The translations under genes and the position numbers were made by a program. 64,000 nt of DNA from an uncultured virus (IMG/VR IMGVR_UViG_3300027159_000392) (taxonomy: Duplodnaviria > Heunggongvirae > Uroviricota > Caudoviricetes). Each line of letters opens with the position of its first letter. Position 1 is the stretch's first letter. The notes below the pieces were generated by a model. The model worked only from the letters and a program-made list of their open reading frames with translations. It had not been told where the DNA came from and did not search any database. Below are positions 1 to 10,307 of this stretch, piece after piece. The DNA is taken from IMG/VR virus record IMGVR_UViG_3300027159_000392. The stretch is one strand, 5' to 3'.

Positions 1-1
1 A

Positions 2-1525
2 TTCACTGTCAACATAACAGACAATACAGCACCAACAATTACGTTTAGTAATGTAAGTGCAAATCAGAATACTAATAAAGCTGTACCAGGTAACAACCTA
101 GTATCAGTTTCATTTAGTGATGCAGAGGGCAATGGAATAGATCATAATTCATTTGTCTTCGATGATCAAGGAAATAACGTATCAGCAACTAAATCTGGTG
201 ATACGTACTTAATAAGGGCAACCTCAGCATTAGCAGCAGGTAACTACACCGTAGGAATTACCATAGCTGATGCAGAAGGGTTTGCTTCTCGCACATCTAC
301 TCATACATTTAGTATTTCACAAGCAGTAGTTGGTACTTTAACTACCAATGGAACGTTTAGAATTATTGAATCAGCTCTAGATGGTGACGAGATTAAAATA
401 ACTTCAAATGGTAGAACGGGAACTCAAGCAGATGTCGGAGTTACGTACTCACCTTCCTACGGTAGCCAAGCTGTTTCGTCATTTACTTCAAGTAATGCAA
501 GCATAACGGTAAATTCATCTGGTAACCTTACCGTAGGTACAAACCTAAGCGGTTCATCTACATCAGCAGGCGATAATATAACATCTAATATTACTTTCCA
601 AGATCAATATAACAATATTGGCTCAGGAAGTGTTACGGTATTAGTTGTAGCAAATAGTAGCCCTTCTGTAACAGTAAGTGAACAAGGAAGTTTAGAATCA
701 GATAACATAGCAAATGGAGTACTATGCGCTTCAGTATCAATTTCAGATACAGAATCAGATTATCCAATAACATTAGCTTTATCAGGTACTAATGCTTCCG
801 ATTTTACAGTAACATCTAACAATTCCAATGGAACATCATGGGATATAGATGCAAATAGTGCCTTAGCAGCTGGTACATATACATTTACAGTAACTGCTAC
901 AGATGCCTTTGGTAAAACAGGGACAGATACAGCTTCAATAGTAATTGCACAATCAGCAGATTATGGATTAGTATACGTTTATACTTCTACATACGGTTCA
1001 GATGCAGGTTTTGGAGCTAATTATTTAGGAGTAATGGGCGGTAGTACAGTCAATAGTGATGTACCACCAGAAGTTACTGCTTATACAGCAAATACATCAT
1101 CACCATTCTATAAATTTAAGAGTGGAGATGTAGGAAGTACTTCTATTAGTTTAGCAGGCGGTCAAACAGCCACTTTACAGACTAGTGGATCAGGTTCAGA
1201 CTTAGATAGTGTATTATCAGCATTAGGAACGATAAGCGCTAACACTACTGGACAAGTAATTATAGTTTACCCTTCTGGTTCCGATATGACAGTACCAACA
1301 ACGATTCAAGAATCGTTTAATAGTACAGCAGGAGGAGCAGTACCATGTATGGATGTAGATGGTAATGGATTCGGAATAGAATCAGGAGTATTACATTCTG
1401 TTACTTTAGACTCAGCACATCTGGGATATAGTGAATGGTTTGTATTTGGGAGAAAATCACAGAACGCAATAGCTTCTGGCTTTAAAATGAGGCTAGTAGC
1501 AGCAAACGGTAGTTTACCGACATAA
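2..1525 (+). CDS. Large virion protein with cadherin/Ig-like repeats (5'-truncated at the window edge)
   Basis: The 1034..1525 ORF frame reads open back to position 2 (FTVNITDNTAPTITFSNV...SFSDAEG...). It has N-x-x-P, D-x-E and YTFTVTATDAFG patterns typical of cadherin-like/Ig-like beta domains and is Ser/Thr-rich. Confidence 0.7.
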   Translation, partial: FTVNITDNTAPTITFSNVSANQNTNKAVPGNNLVSVSFSDAEGNGIDHNSFVFDDQGNNVSATKSGDTYLIRATSALAAGNYTVGITIADAEGFASRTSTHTFSISQAVVGTLTTNGTFRIIESALDGDEIKITSNGRTGTQADVGVTYSPSYGSQAVSSFTSSNASITVNSSGNLTVGTNLSGSSTSAGDNITSNITFQDQYNNIGSGSVTVLVVANSSPSVTVSEQGSLESDNIANGVLCASVSISDTESDYPITLALSGTNASDFTVTSNNSNGTSWDIDANSALAAGTYTFTVTATDAFGKTGTDTASIVIAQSADYGLVYVYTSTYGSDAGFGANYLGVMGGSTVNSDVPPEVTAYTANTSSPFYKFKSGDVGSTSISLAGGQTATLQTSGSGSDLDSVLSALGTISANTTGQVIIVYPSGSDMTVPTTIQESFNSTAGGAVPCMDVDGNGFGIESGVLHSVTLDSAHLGYSEWFVFGRKSQNAIASGFKMRLVAANGSLPT

Positions 1526-1539
1526 AAGAAGATAGATAG

Positions 1540-2346
1540 ATGCCATTATTTAGTTCGAAATTAGAGTTAACATCAGCAGCCTCAGGATCAGGGGTAGCCT
1601 TAGCAGACGTACAATTTATTCGTGGTGCTTTTAGGACTGTTGCTGATACTGGCGAACTAAACAATATACCTGTATCACAAATTGCTGATAAACAAATAGT
1701 TTGGGTTGAAGCTGAATCATCAACTTATCAAGCAACTGTTACTTTAGCAGATTATGTTAATACATTTACTGATTCTGTAGCATGGAGTTCTTTCACTGGA
1801 TTTGGATCTGGTGGAGGTGGAGCATCTAACATAGGAGAGTTAACAGACGTATCAACCGGTTCATTAAGTAATGGACAAATATTACAGTATAACTCCTCAA
1901 ATCAAAAATGGGAAGCAAGTAGTGTTTCCGGAACAGGAGACATCTCTGCAGTATTTGCAGGAGATGGATTAACAGGTGGAGGTTCTGCCGGTTCGGTATC
2001 TTTAGATGTAGATCCTGGGCTAGGTATGCAACTAACGACTGACGGTATCTCTTTAGATACAGGGTCAGGTCATTTTATTAACGCAATAAATGCATTAGCA
2101 GATACAGGAATTTTCCAACAAACAGGATCTGTATTCTCAGCTAATGAAGATTTTGAAATAACAGGCTCTTTAACTATTGATTGGAGCTCAACTGGAAAAC
2201 CTTTAAGTATAACATCAGGTTCACTTGAAGTATTTTCGGTAAGTAATAACGGAGTATTGAATTTAATATCCCAATCTAATACACCAACCGCACAGGAAGG
2301 CAGTATTTATTTTGGAAACGATAAAAACCTCTACCTTGGAGTATAA
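1540..2346 (+). CDS. Putative virion/tail-fibre-associated protein
   Basis: Gly/Ser-rich, with fibre-like segments (IGELTDV...NGQILQYN...KW; GDISAVFAGDGLTGGG). Lies among structural genes. Confidence 0.6.
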   Translation: MPLFSSKLELTSAASGSGVALADVQFIRGAFRTVADTGELNNIPVSQIADKQIVWVEAESSTYQATVTLADYVNTFTDSVAWSSFTGFGSGGGGASNIGELTDVSTGSLSNGQILQYNSSNQKWEASSVSGTGDISAVFAGDGLTGGGSAGSVSLDVDPGLGMQLTTDGISLDTGSGHFINAINALADTGIFQQTGSVFSANEDFEITGSLTIDWSSTGKPLSITSGSLEVFSVSNNGVLNLISQSNTPTAQEGSIYFGNDKNLYLGV

Positions 2347-2415
2347 CATAGGACTATTTATTAATATAACAACTCAAAATGAGTTAAAACTAAAAACACA
2401 ATTTAAATAATTATT

Positions 2416-3759
2416 ATGGCAACATGGAAAAAGGTCATTGTCTCGGGAAGTGGTGTGTCCCAACTATCGAATGACGCTAATTTTTTAGCAACAAACGGAG
2501 ACGGTTCAAGTTTGACCAACTTAACATTCGCAAACATTACAGGTAGAAACGAAGGTATTGAAGATATCGTCGGAGCTATGGTAGATGGCGGAACAGAAAC
2601 AAACATCACAGTCACCTATGATGACACAACAGGAAAATTAAACTTCGTAGCTAACGCTGGAGACGTAACTGGCGTAACAGCTGGTACAGGTCTTACAGGC
2701 GGTGGAGCTTCAGGAGACTTAACAGTTAATGTAGTCGGTGGAGACGGTATTACAGCCAACGCCGATGAATTAGAAGTCACAGTAGATGGTTCGTCTATTG
2801 AATTATCTGCAACAGACGGTACTGGAGCAGTTAGAGTTAAAGCAGGAGGTATTGCTAACTCTCATTTAGCAGATTCAGCAGTAGGTACTGATGAAATAGC
2901 AGCTGATGCAGTAAACGGAGACAAGATCGCTGACAACTCAATTAATAGTGAGCATTTTGTAGATGGTGCTATCGATACAGCACACATTGGAGATGATCAA
3001 GTAACAGCAGCTAAATTAGCTAATACAGCAGTAACAGCTGGATCTTACGGTAGTACTACAGCAGTACCAACTTTTACAGTTGATGATCAAGGACGTATTA
3101 CAGCAGCAAGTACAGCAGCAATTGCAACTTCATTTACAGTTGGAGCAGATGTAGGTAATGACGATGTTGTAGCAGGTGGTCAGAAATTAACTTTCGAAGG
3201 AGGATTAGGTGTTACTACTACAGTATCTGATAATAAAGTAGCAATTGATATCGCAAACGGAATCGTTTCAGCTTCAGCATTTACTTCACCTTCTCAAGGT
3301 ACAGTAAGAGCTACTATAAATGGAGTTAATGGTGGTGATATCGATACAGGATTACAATCAGCAGATAGTCCTACATTTGCAGGATTAACTATCAACGGAA
3401 ATCAAGTTGTAACTGGAGACTTAACAGTACAAGGTACTACAACAACTCTAAGTACGACTAACACAGCAATTAAAGATAAATTTATACTTCTTAACTCAGG
3501 ATCAGCTAATCCAGATCAAGGTGGTATTATTATCGATGAAGGTTCAGGAACAGGTCACGGACTTATATATGACGAAGGCGACGGAAGATTTGGTATTAAC
3601 CAAAGTGTATCTTCAACAGCAACTTCAGCTAACTCAGAAGCTTATGTAGCTTTAGTAGTAGATCAAGATAATGTAGCACATGACATTACTGACGCAGAAT
3701 ATCACAAGAGAGGTAACATGAAAGTTGACTCTTCAGATGATATCTTTATATATGTGTAA
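2416..3759 (+). CDS. Putative tail fibre/virion protein (WKKVIVSGS family)
   Basis: GDVTGVTAGTGLTGGG and 10-aa VTAAKLA-type fibre repeats. C-terminal domain shared with 3858..4994. Confidence 0.65.
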   Translation: MATWKKVIVSGSGVSQLSNDANFLATNGDGSSLTNLTFANITGRNEGIEDIVGAMVDGGTETNITVTYDDTTGKLNFVANAGDVTGVTAGTGLTGGGASGDLTVNVVGGDGITANADELEVTVDGSSIELSATDGTGAVRVKAGGIANSHLADSAVGTDEIAADAVNGDKIADNSINSEHFVDGAIDTAHIGDDQVTAAKLANTAVTAGSYGSTTAVPTFTVDDQGRITAASTAAIATSFTVGADVGNDDVVAGGQKLTFEGGLGVTTTVSDNKVAIDIANGIVSASAFTSPSQGTVRATINGVNGGDIDTGLQSADSPTFAGLTINGNQVVTGDLTVQGTTTTLSTTNTAIKDKFILLNSGSANPDQGGIIIDEGSGTGHGLIYDEGDGRFGINQSVSSTATSANSEAYVALVVDQDNVAHDITDAEYHKRGNMKVDSSDDIFIYV

Positions 3760-3780
3760 ATAAAACAAATAATAATTATT

Positions 3781-3815
3781 GGCTAATGGGGAGTCTCACC
3801 GCTCCCCTACATGCC
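3781..3815 (+). terminator. GC-rich hairpin (terminator or leader structure)
   Basis: GGGGAG-tctcaccg-CTCCCC core stem with outer GGC/GCC, followed by CTTTAATTT, in an AT-rich intergenic gap. Confidence 0.45.
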
Positions 3816-3857
3816 CTTTAATTTAGTTACAGTTATTACAAAATAAAACAATATAAA

Positions 3858-4994
3858 ATGACCTGGAAAAAAGTAATTGTCAGCGGATCATCGCCCGAAT
3901 TAAATTCTATAGTAGTAGATAATAATGTAGCAGCCTCTTCATTTAGTGGAGCTGGAGCTAACATAACTGGCGTTATTCATAACTCTGGAGAAATCGCTTC
4001 TGATATTTCCGGTTCTTTTACTTCCCTATCTGGTTCTATTGCATCTAGATTTGACGGATTAACCTCAGATTATACTGAATTATCAAATGTTCCTAACGGA
4101 ATAATATCTTCGTCAACTCAAGTTGAAGCTACACTAAATAATAATAGTGTTGATTTTGGATCAGGAACAGTAACAGCAACAGCTTTTGTAGGAGACGGTT
4201 CTAATATTTCTAACATTACAGTTGATCAATCAGCTACCGTTATTAATACTTTTACAAATCAGACAACAGTAGCAGTTACTCACAACTTCGAGTCCAAAAA
4301 TATTGTAGCAACGGTATACGATGGCAATGATGCCATGATGATACCTGCTAGCGTAGTCACTACAAGTGATAACGTATTAACAGTTACCTTTAGCGACCCT
4401 ACAAGTGGTAGAGTGATAGTAGGTAAAGGTGGTCATATTGTATCTGGATCTATTCCTTATGCAAACATAATTAACAGACCTACTTTCTTATCATCATCAG
4501 CACAGATTAGCTATACAGAAGTACAGAACATACCTTCCGGTATTATTTCATCTTCAGCTCAAATAGATGCAAATTTATTTAACATCGATGGATTAGTATC
4601 TTCGTCTGCTCAATTAGGCTTAGGTACAACTAACAATGTAGAATTTGCAGACTTAACTTTAACTGGAGATCTTGTAGTACAAGGCACAACAACATCAGTA
4701 CAAACAGCAAACCTATTAGTAGAAGATAAATTTATCCTACTTAACTCTGGTTCAGCAAATCCAGACGTAGGAGGTTTAGTAATTGATGAAGGAAGCGGAG
4801 AAGGTCATGCTTACGTATTTGATGGTTCAAGATTTGGATACGTAGAATCATTAGCACAAAATGCAACAACAGCTACTCCATCAGCATTCGCTTCAGCAGT
4901 AGTAGATATAGATGCAGGACATGCAGACATTTCAGAATATCAAAAAAATGGTAATATCAAAATAGACAGTGGAACAATTTTCATCTATTCTTAA
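3858..4994 (+). CDS. Putative virion protein, paralog of 2416..3759
   Basis: N-terminus MTWKKVIVSGS; C-terminal DKFILLNSGSANPD.GG..IDEGSG.GH domain shared with 2416..3759; SSSAQ repeats. Confidence 0.65.
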   Translation: MTWKKVIVSGSSPELNSIVVDNNVAASSFSGAGANITGVIHNSGEIASDISGSFTSLSGSIASRFDGLTSDYTELSNVPNGIISSSTQVEATLNNNSVDFGSGTVTATAFVGDGSNISNITVDQSATVINTFTNQTTVAVTHNFESKNIVATVYDGNDAMMIPASVVTTSDNVLTVTFSDPTSGRVIVGKGGHIVSGSIPYANIINRPTFLSSSAQISYTEVQNIPSGIISSSAQIDANLFNIDGLVSSSAQLGLGTTNNVEFADLTLTGDLVVQGTTTSVQTANLLVEDKFILLNSGSANPDVGGLVIDEGSGEGHAYVFDGSRFGYVESLAQNATTATPSAFASAVVDIDAGHADISEYQKNGNIKIDSGTIFIYS

Positions 4995-5010
4995 GAAGTT
5001 ATTTAAAAAA

Positions 5011-5214
5011 ATGGCGTTTATAAATAAAGGTAAAATATTGACAGGAAAAGCAGCTAAAGATAAGATGCAAAAAGACGAGGCTGTTAATACTGATCTCACA
5101 CAACAGGAAATACAATTCATACTCACTAAACTTAGACAAGCTAATTTTAAAGGAGCAGAGTTTGAACTATTCTATGTAGTATTTTCTAAACTTTCCAATT
5201 TACTTAAAAAGTAG
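5011..5214 (+). CDS. Small hypothetical protein
   Basis: ATG at 5011 (MAFINKGKIL...) follows an A-rich leader and avoids overlap with the upstream gene, so it is preferred over 4969. Confidence 0.6.
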   Translation: MAFINKGKILTGKAAKDKMQKDEAVNTDLTQQEIQFILTKLRQANFKGAEFELFYVVFSKLSNLLKK

Positions 5215-5255
5215 TTGCTTATTTAACTTTTTTTACCGATATTTATATTTAAAGC

Positions 5256-5306
5256 TATTATAGGCCTTAATAGGAAGTGGGCTCGAAAGAGTTACCAACC
5301 GTAATA
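5256..5306 (+). ncRNA. Candidate structured leader RNA (three-way junction with GAAA tetraloop)
   Basis: P1 5256-5264/5299-5306; P2 CCT-taat-AGG; P3 GG+GCTC-GAAA-GAGT+CC. GC-rich island ending 8 nt before ATG 5315. Confidence 0.5.
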
Positions 5307-5314
5307 TAAGTAAC

Positions 5315-5644
5315 ATGCCAAATTGGAAAAAACTAATAACTAGCGGTTCTGACGCTAACCTAAATTCTCTTACTGTAATAGGTACAGTCGCTGCTAACGC
5401 TTTTAGTGGAGACGGTTCTTCTTTAAGCAATTTAAGCATACCATCAACCTTCACTAAATCTGTAGTTGGAGGTTCCCTTTCATATAATATAGATCATAAT
5501 TTATCCGAGCCATATCCTATAGTACAGGTATATGATGCTAACGGATATCAGGTTATCCCAAAAGATATAATATCAATCAGTTCTTCTAGAACCAGAGTAC
5601 TATTTTCTGATGAATTTAGTGGAACGGTTGTTGTAAAAAAGTAG
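5315..5644 (+). CDS. Small virion protein (WKKLITSGS family)
   Basis: MPNWKKLITSGS N-terminus; HNL..YP.VQVYD module also seen in 3858..4994. Confidence 0.6.
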   Translation: MPNWKKLITSGSDANLNSLTVIGTVAANAFSGDGSSLSNLSIPSTFTKSVVGGSLSYNIDHNLSEPYPIVQVYDANGYQVIPKDIISISSSRTRVLFSDEFSGTVVVKK

Positions 5645-5681
5645 ATATTTATAAATAAGATAACTCAAATAAAATAAAGTA

Positions 5682-8600
5682 ATGAGAATAGATAGTCCTA
5701 AAGTATCAAATTTAACCTTCCAATCCGGATCAGGAGTCTCTGACTCGGCATTTACAGGTTCATTTTCTGGTTCATTCACAGGAGTCGGTAATTTTACCGG
5801 CTTAACAGCAGACAGTGTAGAGTATGCAAACATACTAAATAGACCAAACGGATTAGTTTCCGGTTCATCTGCACAAGCAAGAGCACAAATCGGATCAGTA
5901 ATCGGTACAGACGTACAGGCTTATCACGAAAACTTAAATGACATATCAAATTTAAATCCTACTGACAGTACATTCATTGTTGGAGCAGGATCTTCATTTG
6001 TTTTAGAGAGCGGAAATACAGTTAGAACTTCCCTTGGACTAGGAAGCTTAGCAGTATTGAATACTGACGCTACGTTATCTAGCGTAAACCTTTCAAGTAA
6101 CTCAACATATAGTTTCCCTAACCTTACTAATCTACCTACTATATTCTCAGGGTCAGATCAAGTTACCGGTTTAGCAAACGACCAACTAACAAACTCTTCT
6201 ATATCAATAGATGGTTCAGCCATCTCATTAGGAGGTTCAGTAACGACTTTACAATTAGGATCAACCAATACTACTGCACTCGCAGGAAATACTAGAACTA
6301 TTAGTTCTACAGAAATTGGTAATATCTCAGACAACAACGATAAGGTAACTAACGTTACAACAAATTTAAGTATTACAGGCACAACTGGAGCTAGAACAAT
6401 AGTTTCTTCAGATGGTACTGATGCTGTTATTCCAATCGCTACAACAAGCGTATCGGGTGTAATGTCTAAAGCAATATTTGACGAACACGTTCTTAACAAC
6501 GCTAAAGAAACGGATGTTAATCACAACGTAACTACAAATTTATCTATAACTGGTACAACAGGTGCTAGAACAATTGTTTCATCTGACGGTACTAATGCTG
6601 TTATTCCAATCGCTACAACAAGTGCATCTGGTCTTTTATCACCAGGTTTATTCGATGAAATTGATGCAAACACCGCAAAAGTATCTAACGTAACTACTAA
6701 CTTATCTAAAACAGTAAGTGGAACTGGATTCTCAATTAATTCCTCAGACGGTACTAATGTAGCATTAACTTTAGCTACTACAGATAACTGGGGTATTATG
6801 TCAGACGAAATGTTTGATAAATTAGACGGTATTGAAACAGGTGCAACAGCAGATCAAGATTTAACTTCATATCAATTAAAACCTTCAGAAGGAGCTTTTG
6901 CTAACGGTGATAAAACTAAGTTAGACGGTATTGAAACAGGTGCAACAGCAGATCAAGATTTAAGTTCATACCAAGTTCAGCCAAGTGAAGGTGCTTTTGT
7001 TAATGGTGATAAAACTAAATTAGATAATATAGAAGCAGGAGCAACTGCAGATCAGGATTTAAGTTCTTACCAGGTACAACCTTCAGAAGGAGCTTTTGCT
7101 AATGGAGACAAAACTAAATTAGATGGTATAGAAGCTAATGCAACAGCAGATCAATCTAATGCAGAAATCGTTGCAGCAGTAGTAGCATCAACAAGTATAT
7201 CTAATAGTAATAAAGGAACTATAAGAAGTAATATAGGAGTAGATGCAGCTGGTACTGATAACTCAACAGATGTATCCTTAGGAGGTTCATTAGACTATGT
7301 AACATTATCAGGACAGGTTCTTACTAGAAATGCAATTAACTTATCAACTGATGTAACAGGTACCTTACCGGTATCTAATATGGCAGCTACAGCATTAACA
7401 ACTGTACAGACAGCAGCCAATCAAACAGCTCATTTAGCATTAACAGCACAAGAAGGTGACGTTGTTGTTAGATCTGATGAGAATAAAACATATATGCATA
7501 ACGGTGGTACTGCTGGAACTATGGCAGACTATACGTTATTAGCAACTCCAACCGATGCTGTAACAAGCGTTAACGGTGGTACAGGTGTTGTTACTGTAAC
7601 AGAGAACGTTACAACAAATTTAGGTATAACTGGTACAACAGGTGCTAGAACAATTACATCTTCAGACGGTACTAACGCAGTAATACCAGTAGCTACAGAT
7701 AGTGTTTCTGGTGTAATGTCAGCAACCGATCATACTAAACTAACAGGTATTGAAGCTAATGCAACAGCAGATCAAGATCTTAGTGCATACCAATTACAAC
7801 CAAGTGAAGGTGCTTTCGTTAACGGTGATAAGACTAAGTTAGATAATATAGAAGCAGGAGCAACCGGAGATCAAGATTTAAGTTCTTATCAAGTTCAACC
7901 AAGTGAAGGAGCTTTTGGTAACGGTGATAAGACTAAGTTAGATGGAATTGAAGAGAATGCAACTGCAGATCAAACAGCAGCAGATATTAGAACCTTAGTA
8001 GGTACAGGTAACAGTAACTTTGTACCAGCAGCTGGTTCAGCAGGAACCTTCTTAGCTCATGACGGTGTATACAGAACTCCATCTTATACTACAAACACAG
8101 ATACAAATACAAACCAACTTACTACTTGGAGTTTAAGAGATGATGATAATGATGATGTAACAATCGGTCAAGGCAAGTTTATTAAGTTTGTAGCAGCAAC
8201 AGGTACATTAGGAACAAACACAACAGGAACTGGAACATCTGCAAGTCCTTACATAGTAACTATCACATCACCAGATACTACAACCAATACACAATTAAGT
8301 GACGCAGAAGTTAGAGCAGCAGTTGAGGCAGCAGATGATTCAAATGTATTTACAGATGCAGACCATGGTAAATTAGATGGTATTGAAGAGAATGCAACTG
8401 CAGATCAAGATTTAAGTGGATACTTAACAACTTCCGGTAAAGCAGCAGATTCTGAAAAGCTTGATGGTGTTGACAGTACATCGTTCCTAAGAAGTGATCA
8501 AGCAGATACGTTTTCTGGTATGTTAACAGGAACTGCTATCGTAAGGACTGGAGCAGGAGTATCGCCAAATGAATCAAATGCTTCACTAAATCCTAACGGT

Positions 8601-9239
8601 ATAATAACAGCTCAGTCAACAAACATGGCTCTGATAGAAATCGATTCATCAAATGATCGACTTCGTGTATTTACTGGTGGTACTGGAGCAGGAACTTTAA
8701 ACTTCCCAACTACTGGGAATACTAGCTATGCTTGGACACTTCCTCTAGCAGAGGGTACTATAGCATTAACCAGTGACATAACCGGAACAAACTCAGGAAC
8801 AAACACAGGAGATCAATCAAGAGGAAGTTTATCTATTGATACAGACGACAATGTACAGTTTAACGCTTTAGGTATAGGAACAGGAGCGTCTTCTACAGCA
8901 GGTGAGATTAGAGCAGCAGGAGATATTACAGCATACTATTCTTCTGATGAAAGATTAAAAGAAAACTTTGCACCACTAACAGGGGCTTTAGATAAAGTAA
9001 ATGCAATCGGAGGATACGAATTTGATTGGAAAGACGGAATCGAAGACGTTGTTAGTAAGACAGGACATGATATTGGAGTAAAAGCACAAGAGCTGCAAGT
9101 ACAGTATCCAGAACTAGTTCATGAAAGAGATAATGGATACTTAGCAGTTGATTATATTAAATTAAATGCAGTACTAATAGAAGCAGTAAAAGAATTATCT
9201 GCTAAAGTAGATAAGTTAGAAAATAAATGCAACTGTTAA
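5682..9239 (+). CDS. Long tail fibre with C-terminal peptidase S74 intramolecular chaperone
   Basis: C-terminal YYSSDERLKEN...GYEFDW...IGVKAQEL...YLAVDYIKL...EAVKEL coiled coil; internal 33-aa and about 40-aa repeats. Confidence 0.85.
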   Translation: MRIDSPKVSNLTFQSGSGVSDSAFTGSFSGSFTGVGNFTGLTADSVEYANILNRPNGLVSGSSAQARAQIGSVIGTDVQAYHENLNDISNLNPTDSTFIVGAGSSFVLESGNTVRTSLGLGSLAVLNTDATLSSVNLSSNSTYSFPNLTNLPTIFSGSDQVTGLANDQLTNSSISIDGSAISLGGSVTTLQLGSTNTTALAGNTRTISSTEIGNISDNNDKVTNVTTNLSITGTTGARTIVSSDGTDAVIPIATTSVSGVMSKAIFDEHVLNNAKETDVNHNVTTNLSITGTTGARTIVSSDGTNAVIPIATTSASGLLSPGLFDEIDANTAKVSNVTTNLSKTVSGTGFSINSSDGTNVALTLATTDNWGIMSDEMFDKLDGIETGATADQDLTSYQLKPSEGAFANGDKTKLDGIETGATADQDLSSYQVQPSEGAFVNGDKTKLDNIEAGATADQDLSSYQVQPSEGAFANGDKTKLDGIEANATADQSNAEIVAAVVASTSISNSNKGTIRSNIGVDAAGTDNSTDVSLGGSLDYVTLSGQVLTRNAINLSTDVTGTLPVSNMAATALTTVQTAANQTAHLALTAQEGDVVVRSDENKTYMHNGGTAGTMADYTLLATPTDAVTSVNGGTGVVTVTENVTTNLGITGTTGARTITSSDGTNAVIPVATDSVSGVMSATDHTKLTGIEANATADQDLSAYQLQPSEGAFVNGDKTKLDNIEAGATGDQDLSSYQVQPSEGAFGNGDKTKLDGIEENATADQTAADIRTLVGTGNSNFVPAAGSAGTFLAHDGVYRTPSYTTNTDTNTNQLTTWSLRDDDNDDVTIGQGKFIKFVAATGTLGTNTTGTGTSASPYIVTITSPDTTTNTQLSDAEVRAAVEAADDSNVFTDADHGKLDGIEENATADQDLSGYLTTSGKAADSEKLDGVDSTSFLRSDQADTFSGMLTGTAIVRTGAGVSPNESNASLNPNGIITAQSTNMALIEIDSSNDRLRVFTGGTGAGTLNFPTTGNTSYAWTLPLAEGTIALTSDITGTNSGTNTGDQSRGSLSIDTDDNVQFNALGIGTGASSTAGEIRAAGDITAYYSSDERLKENFAPLTGALDKVNAIGGYEFDWKDGIEDVVSKTGHDIGVKAQELQVQYPELVHERDNGYLAVDYIKLNAVLIEAVKELSAKVDKLENKCNC
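6351..8415 (+). repeat. Two interleaved repeat families within the tail fibre
   Basis: 33-aa unit KLDGIE.GATADQDLSSYQ.QPSEGAF.NGDKT (99-nt period, e.g. near-identical DNA at about 6822 and 6921). NVTTNL.ITGTTGARTI.SSDGT.AVIP module at about 6351, 6525 and 7605, with a variant at about 6687. Confidence 0.9.
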
Positions 9240-9252
9240 AATAAATAAAAGA

Positions 9253-9801
9253 ATGGGTTTTAGATTAAATATAGATCTCGAAACGGGATCCGGTCCAACA
9301 CAAGAAGCATATGTTAGAATTGATAACTACCGCTTCAATAAAGTAACTAGTGAGTTAGTATTAACTACTACGACTTGGTTAAATATAGATAAAGCTCATG
9401 CGTTCAATAGAAAGTATTTAGATGAGCCCTTAAAAAATGCTGAAGGATTAGTTCCTGCAGATGTTTTATACTACGATTCACCTGAGAGTGAAGGTGTTGA
9501 AGTTAGTATACCAATTCTATTTAAAGCTTCATTAGCTGAGATAGAAGAGATAGAATTTCCTACTTATGAACAGAAGGAAGTTATAGAGCAAATTCCTTAT
9601 GTAAGTTTCGACTCTAACGGAGACGAAGTAACAAAGTACAGGGATGAGCTAGTAGTAAAAGAAGTAAAAACAGGTTCTTATAAAGAGAAAAAAGAAGTAA
9701 TAAATACTCAGGTCCTAAATAATTTATATGAATATGCATATGGAATTATTAAAAATAAGTTGTCAGAATTGTTTCCTATAGATAAAATAGAAAAAATATA
9801 A
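9253..9801 (+). CDS. Hypothetical protein (possible fibre assembly/chaperone)
   Basis: 182-aa ORF directly after the fibre gene; no motif recognised. Confidence 0.55.
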   Translation: MGFRLNIDLETGSGPTQEAYVRIDNYRFNKVTSELVLTTTTWLNIDKAHAFNRKYLDEPLKNAEGLVPADVLYYDSPESEGVEVSIPILFKASLAEIEEIEFPTYEQKEVIEQIPYVSFDSNGDEVTKYRDELVVKEVKTGSYKEKKEVINTQVLNNLYEYAYGIIKNKLSELFPIDKIEKI

Positions 9802-9805
9802 TAAG

Positions 9806-10285
9806 ATGGCAGTATACAACTATGCAAGTAATTTACCCGTATCATTTAATTCATTTGATGCCTGGTCTAATGCATATAGCAGCAACAGCAATATAAGCTT
9901 AACGACTGTTATGACAGGATTAGAACCAGCAGATACTGCTCCACACTCAGTATCTGAACTTCGAGGAAATAAATTTCTATACGGAAACGTAGTATCTGAA
10001 ACAGGAGGAACAGTTGCTGTAACTGCAGGATATTCTCAAGCAGCTTTTACTACACATACGTTACTAAACGTTAACTATAATACTATATCATCTGTTACTT
10101 TAACTGCAACAGCTACATACCCTTATACATTCCATTCTTTTAGAGATGCTTCAGAAGGAGGAGGAACTGCATTAAGTACTACCGGAGCAGGTACTACAAC
10201 AGGTACTATATCCCTAACATCTTCTGCACATGATAGCGTTACTACTTTCTACGCTTACTTTACAACTACACACGTATCACCATAA
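9806..10285 (+). CDS. Putative virion protein
   Basis: Thr/Ser-rich; VTLTATATYPYTF segment resembles 55193..55732 (LTLTATVNYPYEF). Confidence 0.55.
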   Translation: MAVYNYASNLPVSFNSFDAWSNAYSSNSNISLTTVMTGLEPADTAPHSVSELRGNKFLYGNVVSETGGTVAVTAGYSQAAFTTHTLLNVNYNTISSVTLTATATYPYTFHSFRDASEGGGTALSTTGAGTTTGTISLTSSAHDSVTTFYAYFTTTHVSP

Positions 10286-10307
10286 AAATAACTAAAAAGG
10301 TTTTAAT

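Noticed and set aside
6820..7960. CRISPR array or DGR template/variable repeat
   Set aside because: The repeats are in-frame coding units differing mainly at synonymous positions; no unique spacers, adenine-specific variation or reverse transcriptase.
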